Notes: generated by a model not told the origin, from the sequence alone. 64,000 bases of DNA from an uncultured bacterium (GCA_903840015.1 CAIMEL010000004.1:30671-94670), one strand, 5' to 3'; positions 38,484 through 49,190 are shown, counted from the first letter of the stretch. Numbers and translations: made by a program.

Positions 38484-38538
38484 TTGACATTCTTTTTGTA
38501 AATGCTACCATATACCCACACCTGAGGTAGGGGTATAT
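38484..38538 (+). promoter_or_regulatory. Copper operon promoter with CsoR-type operator palindrome
   Basis: TTGACA (38484), TG-c-TACCAT; ATATACCC-acACCTgAGGTag-GGGTATAT at 38510-38538. Confidence 0.75.
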
Positions 38539-38938
38539 GAAAAACAAACTTCTAACAATTGGAGCTATCGTAGTAAGCATCTTACTCATTGTTGCGGTGA
38601 TAATACTTAAGCAGCAATCTTCGGAAGAAGATGCATCTGGTTTAAAAATATCTCAGAATGTGAGTATCGTAGACGGTACTCAAATCATCGATATTGATGT
38701 CCGAAGTGGTTACTACGCTCCTAGACTCACATATGCAAACAAAGATTTGCCAACAAAACTTAGGATGAACTCTGTTGATTCATACGGATGTGAAAGAGCA
38801 TTCAGAATTCCAAGCTTAAATATTTCTTCAGAATTACCCCCAGATGGTTTAACAGAATTTGAACTTGGCACTCCTACAAAATCCATACTTGGGACATGCA
38901 GTATGGGAATGTATACCTTTTTAATCAAATTCATATGA
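38537..38938 (+). CDS. Cupredoxin-domain protein
   Basis: GYYAP, GCER, TCSMGMY. Confidence 0.85.
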   Translation: MKNKLLTIGAIVVSILLIVAVIILKQQSSEEDASGLKISQNVSIVDGTQIIDIDVRSGYYAPRLTYANKDLPTKLRMNSVDSYGCERAFRIPSLNISSELPPDGLTEFELGTPTKSILGTCSMGMYTFLIKFI

Positions 38939-41103
38939 GCACAATTAAATACGAAGCAAAAATAGGCGGAATGCATTGTACTGCTTGCGCACTTAATATA
39001 GAGGATCAATTACAAGCGTTGGAAGGGATACAAAAGGTATCTGTAAATTACGCCTCAAGCAAACTGCATTTAGAATATGATGATAGCTTAGTAAATCTCT
39101 CAGATATCAAAAAGAGAGTAGAGCAAACTGGGTATTCCATAGTAGATAAAGATTCTGAAGAAAACAAATCGGAGAAATCAAAGTTAATATTTATACTCCC
39201 CATTTCTTTCGGGCTCTTCTTCCTGATGCTACTAGAACTTCTTTTGGGTCATATTGAAATTATGTATATGGAAGGATTGTTATTCATCTTTTCTACGATT
39301 ACCATGTTTTGGATTGGACAACCCTTTCTAAAAGGCATTTGGCGATTCTTAACAGGGAAAGGTGCAGATATGGACACATTAGTTGGGATTGGGACATTAA
39401 CAGCATATCTTTACAGTACAGTTATACTTTTAATCGAAACTTTACAAATAGAACTACCTCTTGAAAGTGCACTTTACTACGAAGCCCTAATTGTAGTTAT
39501 TGGCTTTGTAATCCTTGGGAAGCATCTTGAAAGTAATTCCCGAAAGAACACAGGCGATGCTATTCAAAGTCTCATAAAATTACAAGCCAAAAGTGCAATA
39601 GTGGAGAGAGACGGGCAAGAGATAGAGATAGCAACAGAAGATATTGCACTGGGGGATATTCTAATCATAAAACCTGGTTCACAGATTCCAACAGATGGAA
39701 TCATTACAGAAGGGGAGGCAGTGATAGATGAATCTATGATTACAGGAGAGTATCTACCTGTGCCTAAGAGCGTAAGTGAAGAAGTCATTGGAGGCACTAT
39801 CAATCAACAAGGATATCTTAAAATACAAGCAACAAAGGTTGGCAGAGAAACAATGCTATATCGGATCATACAACTTGTTGAGGAAGCTCAAAGTTCCAAA
39901 GCTCCAATCCAGAAACTGGTTGACAAAATCTCCCGAGTATTTGTTCCTACAGTTCTGTCACTAGCCGTCCTATCTTTCTTAATATGGGCAATAAGTGGAA
40001 ACATACCATATGGCATTTCATCCTTTGTTGCTACACTCGTTATAGCATGCCCCTGCGCATTAGGATTAGCTACCCCCACAGCAATAATTGTTGGTGTTGG
40101 CAAGGCAGCGAAGTTGGGAATTTTGATAAAAGATGCAGAGAAATTACAGAAACTAAGTTCGGTTTCTTGTGTCGTTTTTGATAAGACAGGAACTCTAACT
40201 TTAGGGAAACCGACAATTTCAGATATCTCCTCGAAAGGAGATGAAAACAAAATGTTACAAATAGCCTATTCATTAGCAAGCAAATCACAACATCCATTAA
40301 GCCTCGCAATTGCAAATGAAGCTGAGCAGAAAAAGCTAACCAAGCTCATGGTACAAGACTTTGTTAATGTTGATGGGAAAGGGCTTACAGGGAAGATTAA
40401 CAAGAAGAGATATTACCTCGGGAGTGAAAACTATATGAAAGACTTGAATATCAAATCGTCTTTTCAGATAAAAAGCAGCAATAGCTCTACAGTAATGTTA
40501 AGTGATGAGCAGGAGGTTCTAGGAGTAATGTATATATCAGATGAATTGAAGAGTGAAGCTCTCATCACAATTAAGAAATTGCAAGATCTTAATATACAGA
40601 CAGTATTACTTTCTGGAGATACGAAGAGAAATGTCGAAGATATTGCTAAGAGATTAAATATTAAGAAAATATATTCAGGGATACTACCAACAGACAAAGC
40701 TAAAATAATCGGAGATCTCAAGAAAACACATAAAGTAGCAATGGTCGGAGATGGAATCAATGATGCCCCTGCATTAGCATTGGCAGATGTAGGGATAGCG
40801 ATGGCAACAGGTACAGAAATTGCAATTAAAACATCAGATATTACACTTCTTGGCGGGAATATCTCCAAGATTCCTTCTGCAATAATACTCTCAAAACAAA
40901 TTATCAAAACAATAAGGGAGAATCTTTTCTGGGCATTCATATACAATACTCTCGGCATTCCAATCGCAATGGGAGTTCTTTTTCCAATATGGGGCATTTT
41001 GTTAAATCCAGCCTTTGCTGGTATTGCAATGTCGTTGAGCAGTATATCTGTGGTGCTTAACTCTCTAAGACTTAAGATTAGTAGAATCTCAGATGAAATC
41101 TAA
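38935..41103 (+). CDS. copA: Copper-translocating P1B-type ATPase
   Basis: GMHCTAC HMA, TGE, CPC, DKTGT, HPL, GDGIND, YN, MSLSS; ATG at 38935 overlaps upstream TGA. Confidence 0.96.
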   Translation: MSTIKYEAKIGGMHCTACALNIEDQLQALEGIQKVSVNYASSKLHLEYDDSLVNLSDIKKRVEQTGYSIVDKDSEENKSEKSKLIFILPISFGLFFLMLLELLLGHIEIMYMEGLLFIFSTITMFWIGQPFLKGIWRFLTGKGADMDTLVGIGTLTAYLYSTVILLIETLQIELPLESALYYEALIVVIGFVILGKHLESNSRKNTGDAIQSLIKLQAKSAIVERDGQEIEIATEDIALGDILIIKPGSQIPTDGIITEGEAVIDESMITGEYLPVPKSVSEEVIGGTINQQGYLKIQATKVGRETMLYRIIQLVEEAQSSKAPIQKLVDKISRVFVPTVLSLAVLSFLIWAISGNIPYGISSFVATLVIACPCALGLATPTAIIVGVGKAAKLGILIKDAEKLQKLSSVSCVVFDKTGTLTLGKPTISDISSKGDENKMLQIAYSLASKSQHPLSLAIANEAEQKKLTKLMVQDFVNVDGKGLTGKINKKRYYLGSENYMKDLNIKSSFQIKSSNSSTVMLSDEQEVLGVMYISDELKSEALITIKKLQDLNIQTVLLSGDTKRNVEDIAKRLNIKKIYSGILPTDKAKIIGDLKKTHKVAMVGDGINDAPALALADVGIAMATGTEIAIKTSDITLLGGNISKIPSAIILSKQIIKTIRENLFWAFIYNTLGIPIAMGVLFPIWGILLNPAFAGIAMSLSSISVVLNSLRLKISRISDEI

Positions 41104-42070
41104 AAAAATATATATAAAAGGAATGCATTGTCCATCATGCGAAATATATATTGAGAAAGAATTAAAAAATATTCCAGAAATTAAAGCTATTAAAAGTAAC
41201 CACATTGAACAAAGTGTTACTTTCGAATCTGAAATAGCAGAGCATACAGTAATTGACCGAATCAATCCAATGATAAAGGGAAATGGGTATTTTGCTCAAA
41301 CTGATGCTCCAAAGAAAAGTGTAAACATAAGAGAGTTGGCATTTTCTTTTTTAATAGCATTGGGAATTTTCTTACTCTTCATTCTTCTACAAAAAGCACG
41401 AATCCTTCCTGAAGTCACAATGAAACAAAATACACTAGGAATGGCATTTACACTAGGTCTTACTGCTTCGATATCATCATGTATGGTAGTAGTAGGAGGA
41501 TTGATACTTTCGCTTTCAGCCACTTACAAAAAAGTTTCTTCCCTCGCATATTTTCATTTTGCCAGAATCATATCGTTCTTCCTCCTTGGAGGAGTGTTAG
41601 GACTTGTAGGACAAATATTCACATTTGGGAAAAGTTTTAACTTCATCACTGGCATAATACTCTTTGTAGTTATGACACTAATGGGAATGAATCTATTGGA
41701 AATATTTCCCATATTCAAGAAGATACAGATAAAGCTTCCGAAGACACTTGTCGGAGAGAAAATGACAAATGTTTCCTCACCAATATTACTTGGGATTTTG
41801 ACTTTCTTTCTACCTTGCGGGTTCACCCAATCAATGCAAATAGTTGCTATGAGTACTGCCAATTTTAAGGATGCTGCACTCATTATGTTGATATTCTCTC
41901 TTGGAACTTTCCCTGTACTGGCTCTTCTTTCATTTGGAGTAAAGTCTATTCGCAACAGGTTCAAATCTGCTCTTTTCCTTAAAACTGTCGGATTCTTGGT
42001 ATTAATGTTTGCAGTATACAACCTAGTGTCATTATTGATTTCTGTTGGTATAATTACTTTTATATATTAA
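41093..42070 (+). CDS. HMA plus DsbD_2/TauE-like membrane protein
   Basis: GMHCPSC; SSCM.VVGG; FLPCGFTQ; FSLGT.P. Confidence 0.88.
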   Translation: MKSKKIYIKGMHCPSCEIYIEKELKNIPEIKAIKSNHIEQSVTFESEIAEHTVIDRINPMIKGNGYFAQTDAPKKSVNIRELAFSFLIALGIFLLFILLQKARILPEVTMKQNTLGMAFTLGLTASISSCMVVVGGLILSLSATYKKVSSLAYFHFARIISFFLLGGVLGLVGQIFTFGKSFNFITGIILFVVMTLMGMNLLEIFPIFKKIQIKLPKTLVGEKMTNVSSPILLGILTFFLPCGFTQSMQIVAMSTANFKDAALIMLIFSLGTFPVLALLSFGVKSIRNRFKSALFLKTVGFLVLMFAVYNLVSLLISVGIITFIY

Positions 42071-42081
42071 CCCCTTTAAAT

Positions 42082-42348
42082 ATGGATAAAAGCACAGCTT
42101 TAACAAATTTTAAGAAAGTTCGAACTCTTCTCGACAAAGTAATCGACATGGTTGAGAAGGACGGATATTGTATTGATATAATGCAACAAAACTTAGCTGC
42201 AATAGGGATGTTGAAATCTGCTCATCAATCCTTGATGGAGGGCCATCTTCATCATTGCTTTACGAAAGCAATAACATCAAAACAAGAGAAAAGGAAGAAG
42301 GAGATGATCGAAGAGATTTTGAAGGTAACTAAACTAGCAAACAAGTAG
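42082..42348 (+). CDS. csoR: CsoR/RcnR-family metal-sensing repressor
   Basis: [14 protein letters not shown]. Confidence 0.88.
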   Translation: MDKSTALTNFKKVRTLLDKVIDMVEKDGYCIDIMQQNLAAIGMLKSAHQSLMEGHLHHCFTKAITSKQEKRKKEMIEEILKVTKLANK

Positions 42349-42349
42349 A

Positions 42350-43516
42350 ATGGAAAAGATTGTTTTCTTTGACAATTCAGCAACAACCCCAATATCAGAG
42401 AAGGTGCTAGAGGCTATGATGCCTTACCTTACATCTAGTTATGGGAATGCATCAAGTATCTACTCATTGGGAAGGGATAGTCGCAAAGCTATAGACAAGG
42501 CAAGAGACCAAGTTGCGAAAGCTCTTAATGGTGATTCAAAAGAAATATATTTTACGAATTCTGGTACAGAATCTGACAACTGGGCAATTAAAGGTGTGGC
42601 ATATGCAAACAAAGACAAGGGAAAACATATAATAACCTCAAGTATTGAGCATCATGCAGTGTTGCATACCTGTAAACATCTTGAGAAGCAGGGTTTTGAG
42701 GTTACATATTTACCAGTTAACAAAAATGGACTGGTTGAAATAAAAGATTTAATTGAAGCTATTAGACCAGACACTATCTTAATTTCCATAATGTATGCAA
42801 ATAATGAGATTGGTACAGTACAACCAATTGAAGAGATAGGTGAAATTGCAAAAGAAAAAAATATATATTTTCATACAGATGCTGTTCAGGCAATAGGTAA
42901 TATCGATATTGATCTTCAGAAACTTAATATTGATCTGCTATCCCTCTCTGGCCACAAATTTAATGGACCAAAAGGAATAGGGGCTTTGTATATTAAGAAT
43001 GGAACAAAGGTAGAAAATCTGCTACATGGTGGAAGTCAAGAGAAAGGTAAGAGACCTAGTACAGAAAATGTTGCTGGGATTGTTGGTCTTGGGAAAGCAA
43101 TTGAGCTCGCAACTAAAGATATAGCAAAGAAAGAAAAGTATCTAAAGAATCTTAGGGAGTATGCAATTGAAAATCTCTTAAAGATTCCACATACTATTCT
43201 GAATGGTGACAGAGAAAGGCGATTACCTGGGAATGTAAATGTATGTTTCGAATACATTGAAGGAGAATCGATTCTTCTAATGTTAGATCAACACAATATT
43301 TGTGCTTCAAGTGGTTCTGCATGCACTTCAGGATCCTTAGATCCTTCTCATGTACTCTTAGCAATTGGCTTACCTCACGAGATAGCTCATGGGTCTTTAA
43401 GGCTTACTTTTTCAGAAAGAAACACAAAAGAAGAGATAGATTATCTCCTCAATCTTTTGCCAGCTATAATTCAAAGATTAAGAGATATGTCCCCTTTATA
43501 TAACCAAGCAAAATAA
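42350..43516 (+). CDS. iscS: Cysteine desulfurase (NifS/IscS)
   Basis: [29 protein letters not shown]. Confidence 0.96.
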   Translation: MEKIVFFDNSATTPISEKVLEAMMPYLTSSYGNASSIYSLGRDSRKAIDKARDQVAKALNGDSKEIYFTNSGTESDNWAIKGVAYANKDKGKHIITSSIEHHAVLHTCKHLEKQGFEVTYLPVNKNGLVEIKDLIEAIRPDTILISIMYANNEIGTVQPIEEIGEIAKEKNIYFHTDAVQAIGNIDIDLQKLNIDLLSLSGHKFNGPKGIGALYIKNGTKVENLLHGGSQEKGKRPSTENVAGIVGLGKAIELATKDIAKKEKYLKNLREYAIENLLKIPHTILNGDRERRLPGNVNVCFEYIEGESILLMLDQHNICASSGSACTSGSLDPSHVLLAIGLPHEIAHGSLRLTFSERNTKEEIDYLLNLLPAIIQRLRDMSPLYNQAK

Positions 43517-43518
43517 TT

Positions 43519-43896
43519 ATGGAAGAATACAGTAAGAAAGTAATGGAGCATTTCATGAATCCTAAGAATGTTGGGATTTTAGAAGACGCTAATGGGGTAG
43601 GAGAAGTAGGGAATCCAAGATGTGGAGACATAATGAGGATGTATATAAAAGTTGAGGAGAATATAATTAAAGATATTCGATTTCAAACTTTCGGGTGTGG
43701 AGCAGCAGTGGCAACCAGCAGTATGGTGACAGAGATGGTTAAAGGAAAAACAATAGAAGAGGCATTAGAGATTACCAACAAACAGGTAGCGGAAGCCCTG
43801 GATGGTCTCCCTCCTCTAAAGATGCACTGTTCAAACTTGGCAGAATCTGGAATAAAAGCTGCTATTGAGGATTACAAAAAGAAAAATGGACAGTAA
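43519..43896 (+). CDS. iscU: Fe-S scaffold protein (IscU/NifU)
   Basis: GNPRCGD, FGCG, LPPLKMHCSNLA. Confidence 0.96.
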   Translation: MEEYSKKVMEHFMNPKNVGILEDANGVGEVGNPRCGDIMRMYIKVEENIIKDIRFQTFGCGAAVATSSMVTEMVKGKTIEEALEITNKQVAEALDGLPPLKMHCSNLAESGIKAAIEDYKKKNGQ

Positions 43897-44965
43897 CAAG
43901 AAAAAAAAAGTAATGATTGGAATGAGTGGTGGAGTAGATAGTTCTGTAGCAGCATATATATTGAAACAGAAAGGTTACGATGTAACTGGTGTGACTATGC
44001 AGATATGGCAGGAAGACAAAGAGCAAGAGGGTAGCTGTTGCTCACTGACGGCTGTAGAGGATGCTAGAAGAGTTGCTACTAAACTAGATATTCCTTACTA
44101 TGTTATCAATTTCAAAAAAGTTTTTGACGAAAAAGTCATTCAATATTTCATCAAAGAGTATTTGGCAGGCAGGACACCAAACCCCTGTATAGCTTGTAAC
44201 CGATATGTAAAATTTGAAGAGTTTTTAAACAAGGCAATATCAATGGATATGGATTATGTTGCAACTGGTCACTATGCGAAAGTAGATTACAAAGATGGAA
44301 GATATTTGTTAATGAAATCTGCGAGTAAAAAGAAAGATCAAACATATGTTCTCTACAATCTTACCCAGGAGCAACTCAGCAAAACTCTTTTTCCACTAGA
44401 AGACATAACGAAAGAAGAGGTTAGAGCAATAGCAAAAGAATTGAAATTAAATGTAGCTTCGAAACCCGATAGTCAAGAAATTTGTTTTGTAGAAGATAAT
44501 AACTACGGGAAATTCTTAGAAGAGAACAGTACCCTTAAAACAAAACCAGGTGACATAATCGATACGAAAGGTAAGCTATTAGGTAGACACAATGGAATAT
44601 ATAACTATACGATTGGACAGAGAAAAGGCTTAAGTATATCTTCAAACAAACCTTTGTTCGTTATCGATATAGACCCGATTAACAATCAAATAGTCGTGGG
44701 TGATGATTCTGAAGGTTTTGGAAAAACTTTGATTGCAGAAGATATTAATTTAATTGCTATTGAAAAATTAACAGAGGAGAGAAGGGTATCTGCAAAGATA
44801 AGATATGCTGCACAAGAATCTCTAGCGTTAATTAAACCTCTCGAAGACGACAAGATTCTCGTAAAATTCGACACTCCTCAAAGAGCTATTACACCTGGAC
44901 AAGCAGTAGTATTCTATGACGGAGATATTGTTCTCGGAGGAGGAACTATTGTGAAGAAGGATTGA
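43886..44965 (+). CDS. mnmA: tRNA 2-thiouridine(34) synthase
   Basis: MSGGVDSS, TPNPCI.CN, ATGHY, KDQTY, DSQEICF, TIGQRKG, PGQ. Confidence 0.97.
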   Translation: MDSNKKKKVMIGMSGGVDSSVAAYILKQKGYDVTGVTMQIWQEDKEQEGSCCSLTAVEDARRVATKLDIPYYVINFKKVFDEKVIQYFIKEYLAGRTPNPCIACNRYVKFEEFLNKAISMDMDYVATGHYAKVDYKDGRYLLMKSASKKKDQTYVLYNLTQEQLSKTLFPLEDITKEEVRAIAKELKLNVASKPDSQEICFVEDNNYGKFLEENSTLKTKPGDIIDTKGKLLGRHNGIYNYTIGQRKGLSISSNKPLFVIDIDPINNQIVVGDDSEGFGKTLIAEDINLIAIEKLTEERRVSAKIRYAAQESLALIKPLEDDKILVKFDTPQRAITPGQAVVFYDGDIVLGGGTIVKKD

Positions 44966-45022
44966 TGAAAATATTCTAGTTTGTATAATGAGATAGTGGC
45001 ACCTTTGAAAGGAGGTGATTTC

Positions 45023-45112
45023 TTGCCTACCAAGAAAGAAAAAAAAGACAAGGAAAGGAGAACCCAAAAACCAACAAAAGGGAATTCTACAAACGGTAAG
45101 AATGGACATTAA
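45023..45112 (+). CDS. 29-aa basic peptide with full-length SD
   Basis: AAAGGAGGTGAT then TTG: MPTKKEKKDKERRTQKPTKGNSTNGKNGH*; TATAAT at 44984. Confidence 0.55.
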   Translation: MPTKKEKKDKERRTQKPTKGNSTNGKNGH

Positions 45113-45126
45113 GTAGGCAACCCACC

Positions 45127-45168
45127 AGTGGGCTTAATATGATTTTTATCACATATATTAAGCCCACT
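45127..45168 (+). terminator. 14-bp hairpin (terminator or stabiliser)
   Basis: AGTGGGCTTAATAT / ATATTAAGCCCACT; no clear U-tract. Confidence 0.55.
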
Positions 45169-45235
45169 AACTCCCCCTTGAAAAGGTAGAGAAAGGGCTA
45201 TACAATGTACAATCATATTTTACTTGCATAACAAA

Positions 45236-45985
45236 ATGAAGAATAGAATTTTAAAAATAGTTATATTTATATCTGTATTGATTACCATCTTAGTAAATGC
45301 TTTAGCAAACATTTTACCTATTAATGGTTACAATACCGGAGAAATCTCTGATGATATCTCAATATATTTTGTTCCAGCAGGGTATGTTTTTGCAATATGG
45401 GGACTAATATATCTTGCATTAATGTTTTACGCTGTATATACATTTTTTGATTACGACAAGAAAGATAAGGAGATAGCTCCATATGTAATAGTTGCAGGGC
45501 TTGCTAATATTTCATGGATATTCCTTTGGCATTACAAACTAATAAGCTTCAGTGTAATACCAATGCTAATATTACTAGGTACACTCTTAATAATTTACCT
45601 CAAAACATCTAACAACCATTACTCTCCACTAAAAAGAATACCGTTTCAAATATATTTAGGCTGGATTTCGGTTGCCTCAATTGCGAATATTGCGGGAGCT
45701 CTTTATCTCTCAAATTGGACAGCTTTCAACTTAAAACCAGAGCTATGGTCAGCAATAATGATTGGAGTTGCCACAATTCTTGGTATATTGATGACGAATG
45801 GAAAGAAGGATTTCATCTATCCACTTGTTTTAATCTGGGCAGTAGTAGGTATCTTCGTAAGATTTTATGAGACTTCAGATCTCGTTGTCGGAGCTTCTAC
45901 AGTATCAGTTTTGGCACTACTAGGAAACTATATCTCAAATATATATAATTGTAGGTATAGGAAAGAAGAAAAAGAAACAAAATAA
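45236..45985 (+). CDS. TspO/MBR-like tryptophan-rich membrane protein
   Basis: PAGYVFAIWGLIY, NISWIFLW, YLGWISVA..AN. Confidence 0.85.
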   Translation: MKNRILKIVIFISVLITILVNALANILPINGYNTGEISDDISIYFVPAGYVFAIWGLIYLALMFYAVYTFFDYDKKDKEIAPYVIVAGLANISWIFLWHYKLISFSVIPMLILLGTLLIIYLKTSNNHYSPLKRIPFQIYLGWISVASIANIAGALYLSNWTAFNLKPELWSAIMIGVATILGILMTNGKKDFIYPLVLIWAVVGIFVRFYETSDLVVGASTVSVLALLGNYISNIYNCRYRKEEKETK

Positions 45986-47795
45986 ATATCTTCTTGTATT
46001 GATATCATTTGTGATTCTTGGATATGCCATCTGCCTCTCTTTGGCCTTAAAAGAAATTGTTTCCTTTCCCGAGTATACCTTTACATTAAACGGAACAGAG
46101 CAAGAGATTACCCTCCCTCATGAGAAATATACCTCCAACGAATTAGAAAGATTTCCATCTAACTACGATGAAGTTATACAAATAAATAATCTCTCCGTAG
46201 ATCAAAGAAATCGAATTGAGTTACTAAGATTTGGTAAAAGTGAGATAGATGAGAAAGGTTTGGACTATGCTTTCCTTTTAAAAAAATCCACACCTCTCTT
46301 ACTAACCTCCCAAATGTTACAGCTATATGTAGAGTATGAAATGATACATAGCAAGGAAAGGATAATAGAAAGTAACCTAATTTCGCAGTTGGGAAGTACA
46401 CTTACAAAGTTAAACATATACATTAATATTCTAGACAAATTACCACTATTCCCAAATCAAAAAATGAACGAAATCAAAAATACTTTGAAAGAATCCCTTC
46501 AGCTCCTGCAAAATAAAAAGTATGTTGATACTATTGCTTCACTTAACTCACTCCCAGATTCTATTACTAAGAATATTTCTAAATTTCTTTTCAAATTTAA
46601 ACTCAATGATGAGATAGAAGAGATAAATCAGATACATGCTGTTCTTGGACTACCTCAATTATTTACAAAACAAGATCTTGTAGAATCTAATTCTGAATAT
46701 ATCTTTTCCTTAGAGGGAAATTCTTGGGAAGAGTTACCTACCATATATGTAGAGAATGATACAGAATTCTACAATAATGTAGTTCCATATCTAAAATACA
46801 AAACTGAGATACTCTCACAACTTAATATCTCAAATGAAGATACATATACAACCCTTAAAGATATCTTAACTATTGAAGAGAAATCTAGTGGCATAACTGT
46901 AGAGCCTAATAAATTGGAGCAGACATATCGACGGATTCTCACAGTACTAAGCAAATTAGACTATCCTAGTACTCAAAGATTAACAACCCTTATCAAGACA
47001 ATAGAAAATAATGAGAAGAGGATTCTTACTGTTTCTCCATATATAAACAATTTAGAAGAGGAAATCGAAATAGAGGATGCAAATTTTGATCAAGATCTTG
47101 GTATTCAAGAAATTACACAACCAAAAGGTACTGTTCGTATACCCGTATTAATGTATCATCAAATTGCAGTAGCGCCAAAAGGGAGCAGTAAATTTGTTAA
47201 AGGGCTATATGTCTCTCCTGATGATTTTGAAGAACAGATAGCATATCTAACTAGAAACAATATAAAGACGCTGTCTTCCAAGGAATTCGCTGAGCTCCTA
47301 GCTACAGGAAAAAATCCCAAACAAAAAAGTGTCATGTTAACATTTGATGATGGACATCCGACCCATTATGCAGCAGCATACCCCATACTTAAGCGATATG
47401 GGCAAACAGGAGTATTTTTTGTGGTTTCTTCTAGAACTTCACTGTCATCTAATCAACTTAGAGAAATGGCACAGAACGGAATGAGTATTGATTCTCATTC
47501 TGCAACACATCCAAATTTGCAAAAAACAGATGAGTTAACGAAACTGTATTCAGAAATAGCAGGAAGTAAAGCTGCCTTACAAGCCAGAACAGGGAAAAGA
47601 GTCTATGCCATAGCTTACCCTGGTTGCGTCGCCGACACCGAGACCTATTCAGTAGTAGCCAACAGTGGATATAGTTTAGGATTCTCCTGTGGAAGAAAGA
47701 TTGATCATTACCCTTCGAACTCTCTATCTATCTCACGTGTACATGTTTTCACTGAGATGGAAAGATTCCTCAAGGCATTAGCAGGAAAACTTTAA
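45957..47795 (+). CDS. Polysaccharide deacetylase with long helical N-terminal region (start uncertain: ATA 45957 or TTG 45999)
   Basis: C-terminal PVLMYH, TFDDG, SHSATH, AYPG; paralog of 22044..22871. Confidence 0.85.
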   Translation: MGKKKKKQNKYLLVLISFVILGYAICLSLALKEIVSFPEYTFTLNGTEQEITLPHEKYTSNELERFPSNYDEVIQINNLSVDQRNRIELLRFGKSEIDEKGLDYAFLLKKSTPLLLTSQMLQLYVEYEMIHSKERIIESNLISQLGSTLTKLNIYINILDKLPLFPNQKMNEIKNTLKESLQLLQNKKYVDTIASLNSLPDSITKNISKFLFKFKLNDEIEEINQIHAVLGLPQLFTKQDLVESNSEYIFSLEGNSWEELPTIYVENDTEFYNNVVPYLKYKTEILSQLNISNEDTYTTLKDILTIEEKSSGITVEPNKLEQTYRRILTVLSKLDYPSTQRLTTLIKTIENNEKRILTVSPYINNLEEEIEIEDANFDQDLGIQEITQPKGTVRIPVLMYHQIAVAPKGSSKFVKGLYVSPDDFEEQIAYLTRNNIKTLSSKEFAELLATGKNPKQKSVMLTFDDGHPTHYAAAYPILKRYGQTGVFFVVSSRTSLSSNQLREMAQNGMSIDSHSATHPNLQKTDELTKLYSEIAGSKAALQARTGKRVYAIAYPGCVADTETYSVVANSGYSLGFSCGRKIDHYPSNSLSISRVHVFTEMERFLKALAGKL

Positions 47796-47859
47796 AAACA
47801 TATTTACAAAAGCAATATTCTCGATATACAATACAGAAATAAAATAATATTACAAAAAC

Positions 47860-48168
47860 ATGCAAAAGAAACTATATAGATCCGAGAAAAACAAGATAAT
47901 CGGTGGCGTATGTGGTGGTTTAGCTGAATATTTTGATATAGATCCTTCCATAGTGAGAATCGTTTTTGCTTTAGCTTTTTTTACAGAAGGATTTGGACTC
48001 TTACTTTACATAATACTTTGGATAATACTTCCTACCTCTTCTAGTATTGAAAAAGAATCAGGTGAGATCATAGAAGAAAACAAGGAAGAGATAAAGACAA
48101 AAGTAACAGAAGTAGCACGAAATATAAAAACAGAAGTGAAGACAGATACTAAGAGTAAGAAGAAATAA
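47860..48168 (+). CDS. pspC: PspC domain protein
   Basis: KKLYRS..NKIIGGVCGGLAEYF.IDP..VR. Confidence 0.93.
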   Translation: MQKKLYRSEKNKIIGGVCGGLAEYFDIDPSIVRIVFALAFFTEGFGLLLYIILWIILPTSSSIEKESGEIIEENKEEIKTKVTEVARNIKTEVKTDTKSKKK

Positions 48169-48184
48169 ATTAATCTATATTAAA

Positions 48185-49174
48185 ATGAAAAGTAATAAAG
48201 ATTTCGGAGGAGCTGTTTTCCTAATATTTTTAGGAACTATCTTCCTTTTAAATACAACAGGAACAGTTGGATGGGGCATATGGGAGTATATCCTAGCCTT
48301 TTGGCCAATATTAATAGTTCTGATGGGATTGAAATTAATAATAGGGGAAAGTTTAATTGCAAGAATAATCCTAGGAATAATTTCTTTAATTGTATATACC
48401 TCTATTGGATTCATATCTTTCTATTCATATTCAAAAACAAACTCAGAGGTATTTCCATATGACATAATCAGAAATGTGGGAAAACACTATGACTTTAATG
48501 TTAATCGAGATTACAAAGAGGAAGAAACTATCATTAAAGAAGTTGACCACTTAGGAATTGAGAAAAGGAATCTCAATATAGATGTTGGTGCTTCCAAATT
48601 TACACTAGTGGAAGATAAAGAACTCTCTGACTATTTAAAACTGCAATCAAAATATGTACCTGGATACATTGAACCAAATTTGACAGCCAATGATTCTGAA
48701 AAAGAACTCACCATCTCTTTCAGAACTGAAACTCAAAGAAAAATGTTCCGATTTTGGAATGACATATCATCAACCTTTGATTTGACGATTGGGTTACCAA
48801 ATATTTTAACATCTTTAGATATAGACCTTGGAGCTGGAGAGGGAGACATAACTTTGAACAGAACACTCTTAGATACTGTTACTGTAAAGGTAGGCGCTGG
48901 AGACTTAGATATCTCACTTTTAGATTTCTCTGTGCCAAAGACAATTGACTTAAGCATAGGAGCAGCAAGTGTAAATCTTACAATCCCCAAAGATATTGGA
49001 TATGAGTTAACATACACCTTAGGAGTTGGTGATATTACAGAAAATGGGAAATCCATAGCTTCCTTTGTATCCAAAGAGGACACTTACAAATCTTCAAACT
49101 ATGATTCTGCCAAAAAGAAACTTTCAATAACTACAGATGTAGGTGTTGGTTCTTTAAATATTGTAACTAAATAA
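48185..49174 (+). CDS. LiaI/LiaF-like TM (DUF5668) plus toast-rack beta-repeat protein
   Basis: G..LIFLG..FLL, FWPILIV..G; repeated GAG/GVG units. Confidence 0.82.
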   Translation: MKSNKDFGGAVFLIFLGTIFLLNTTGTVGWGIWEYILAFWPILIVLMGLKLIIGESLIARIILGIISLIVYTSIGFISFYSYSKTNSEVFPYDIIRNVGKHYDFNVNRDYKEEETIIKEVDHLGIEKRNLNIDVGASKFTLVEDKELSDYLKLQSKYVPGYIEPNLTANDSEKELTISFRTETQRKMFRFWNDISSTFDLTIGLPNILTSLDIDLGAGEGDITLNRTLLDTVTVKVGAGDLDISLLDFSVPKTIDLSIGAASVNLTIPKDIGYELTYTLGVGDITENGKSIASFVSKEDTYKSSNYDSAKKKLSITTDVGVGSLNIVTK

Positions 49175-49190
49175 ATTTAATACAAATATT

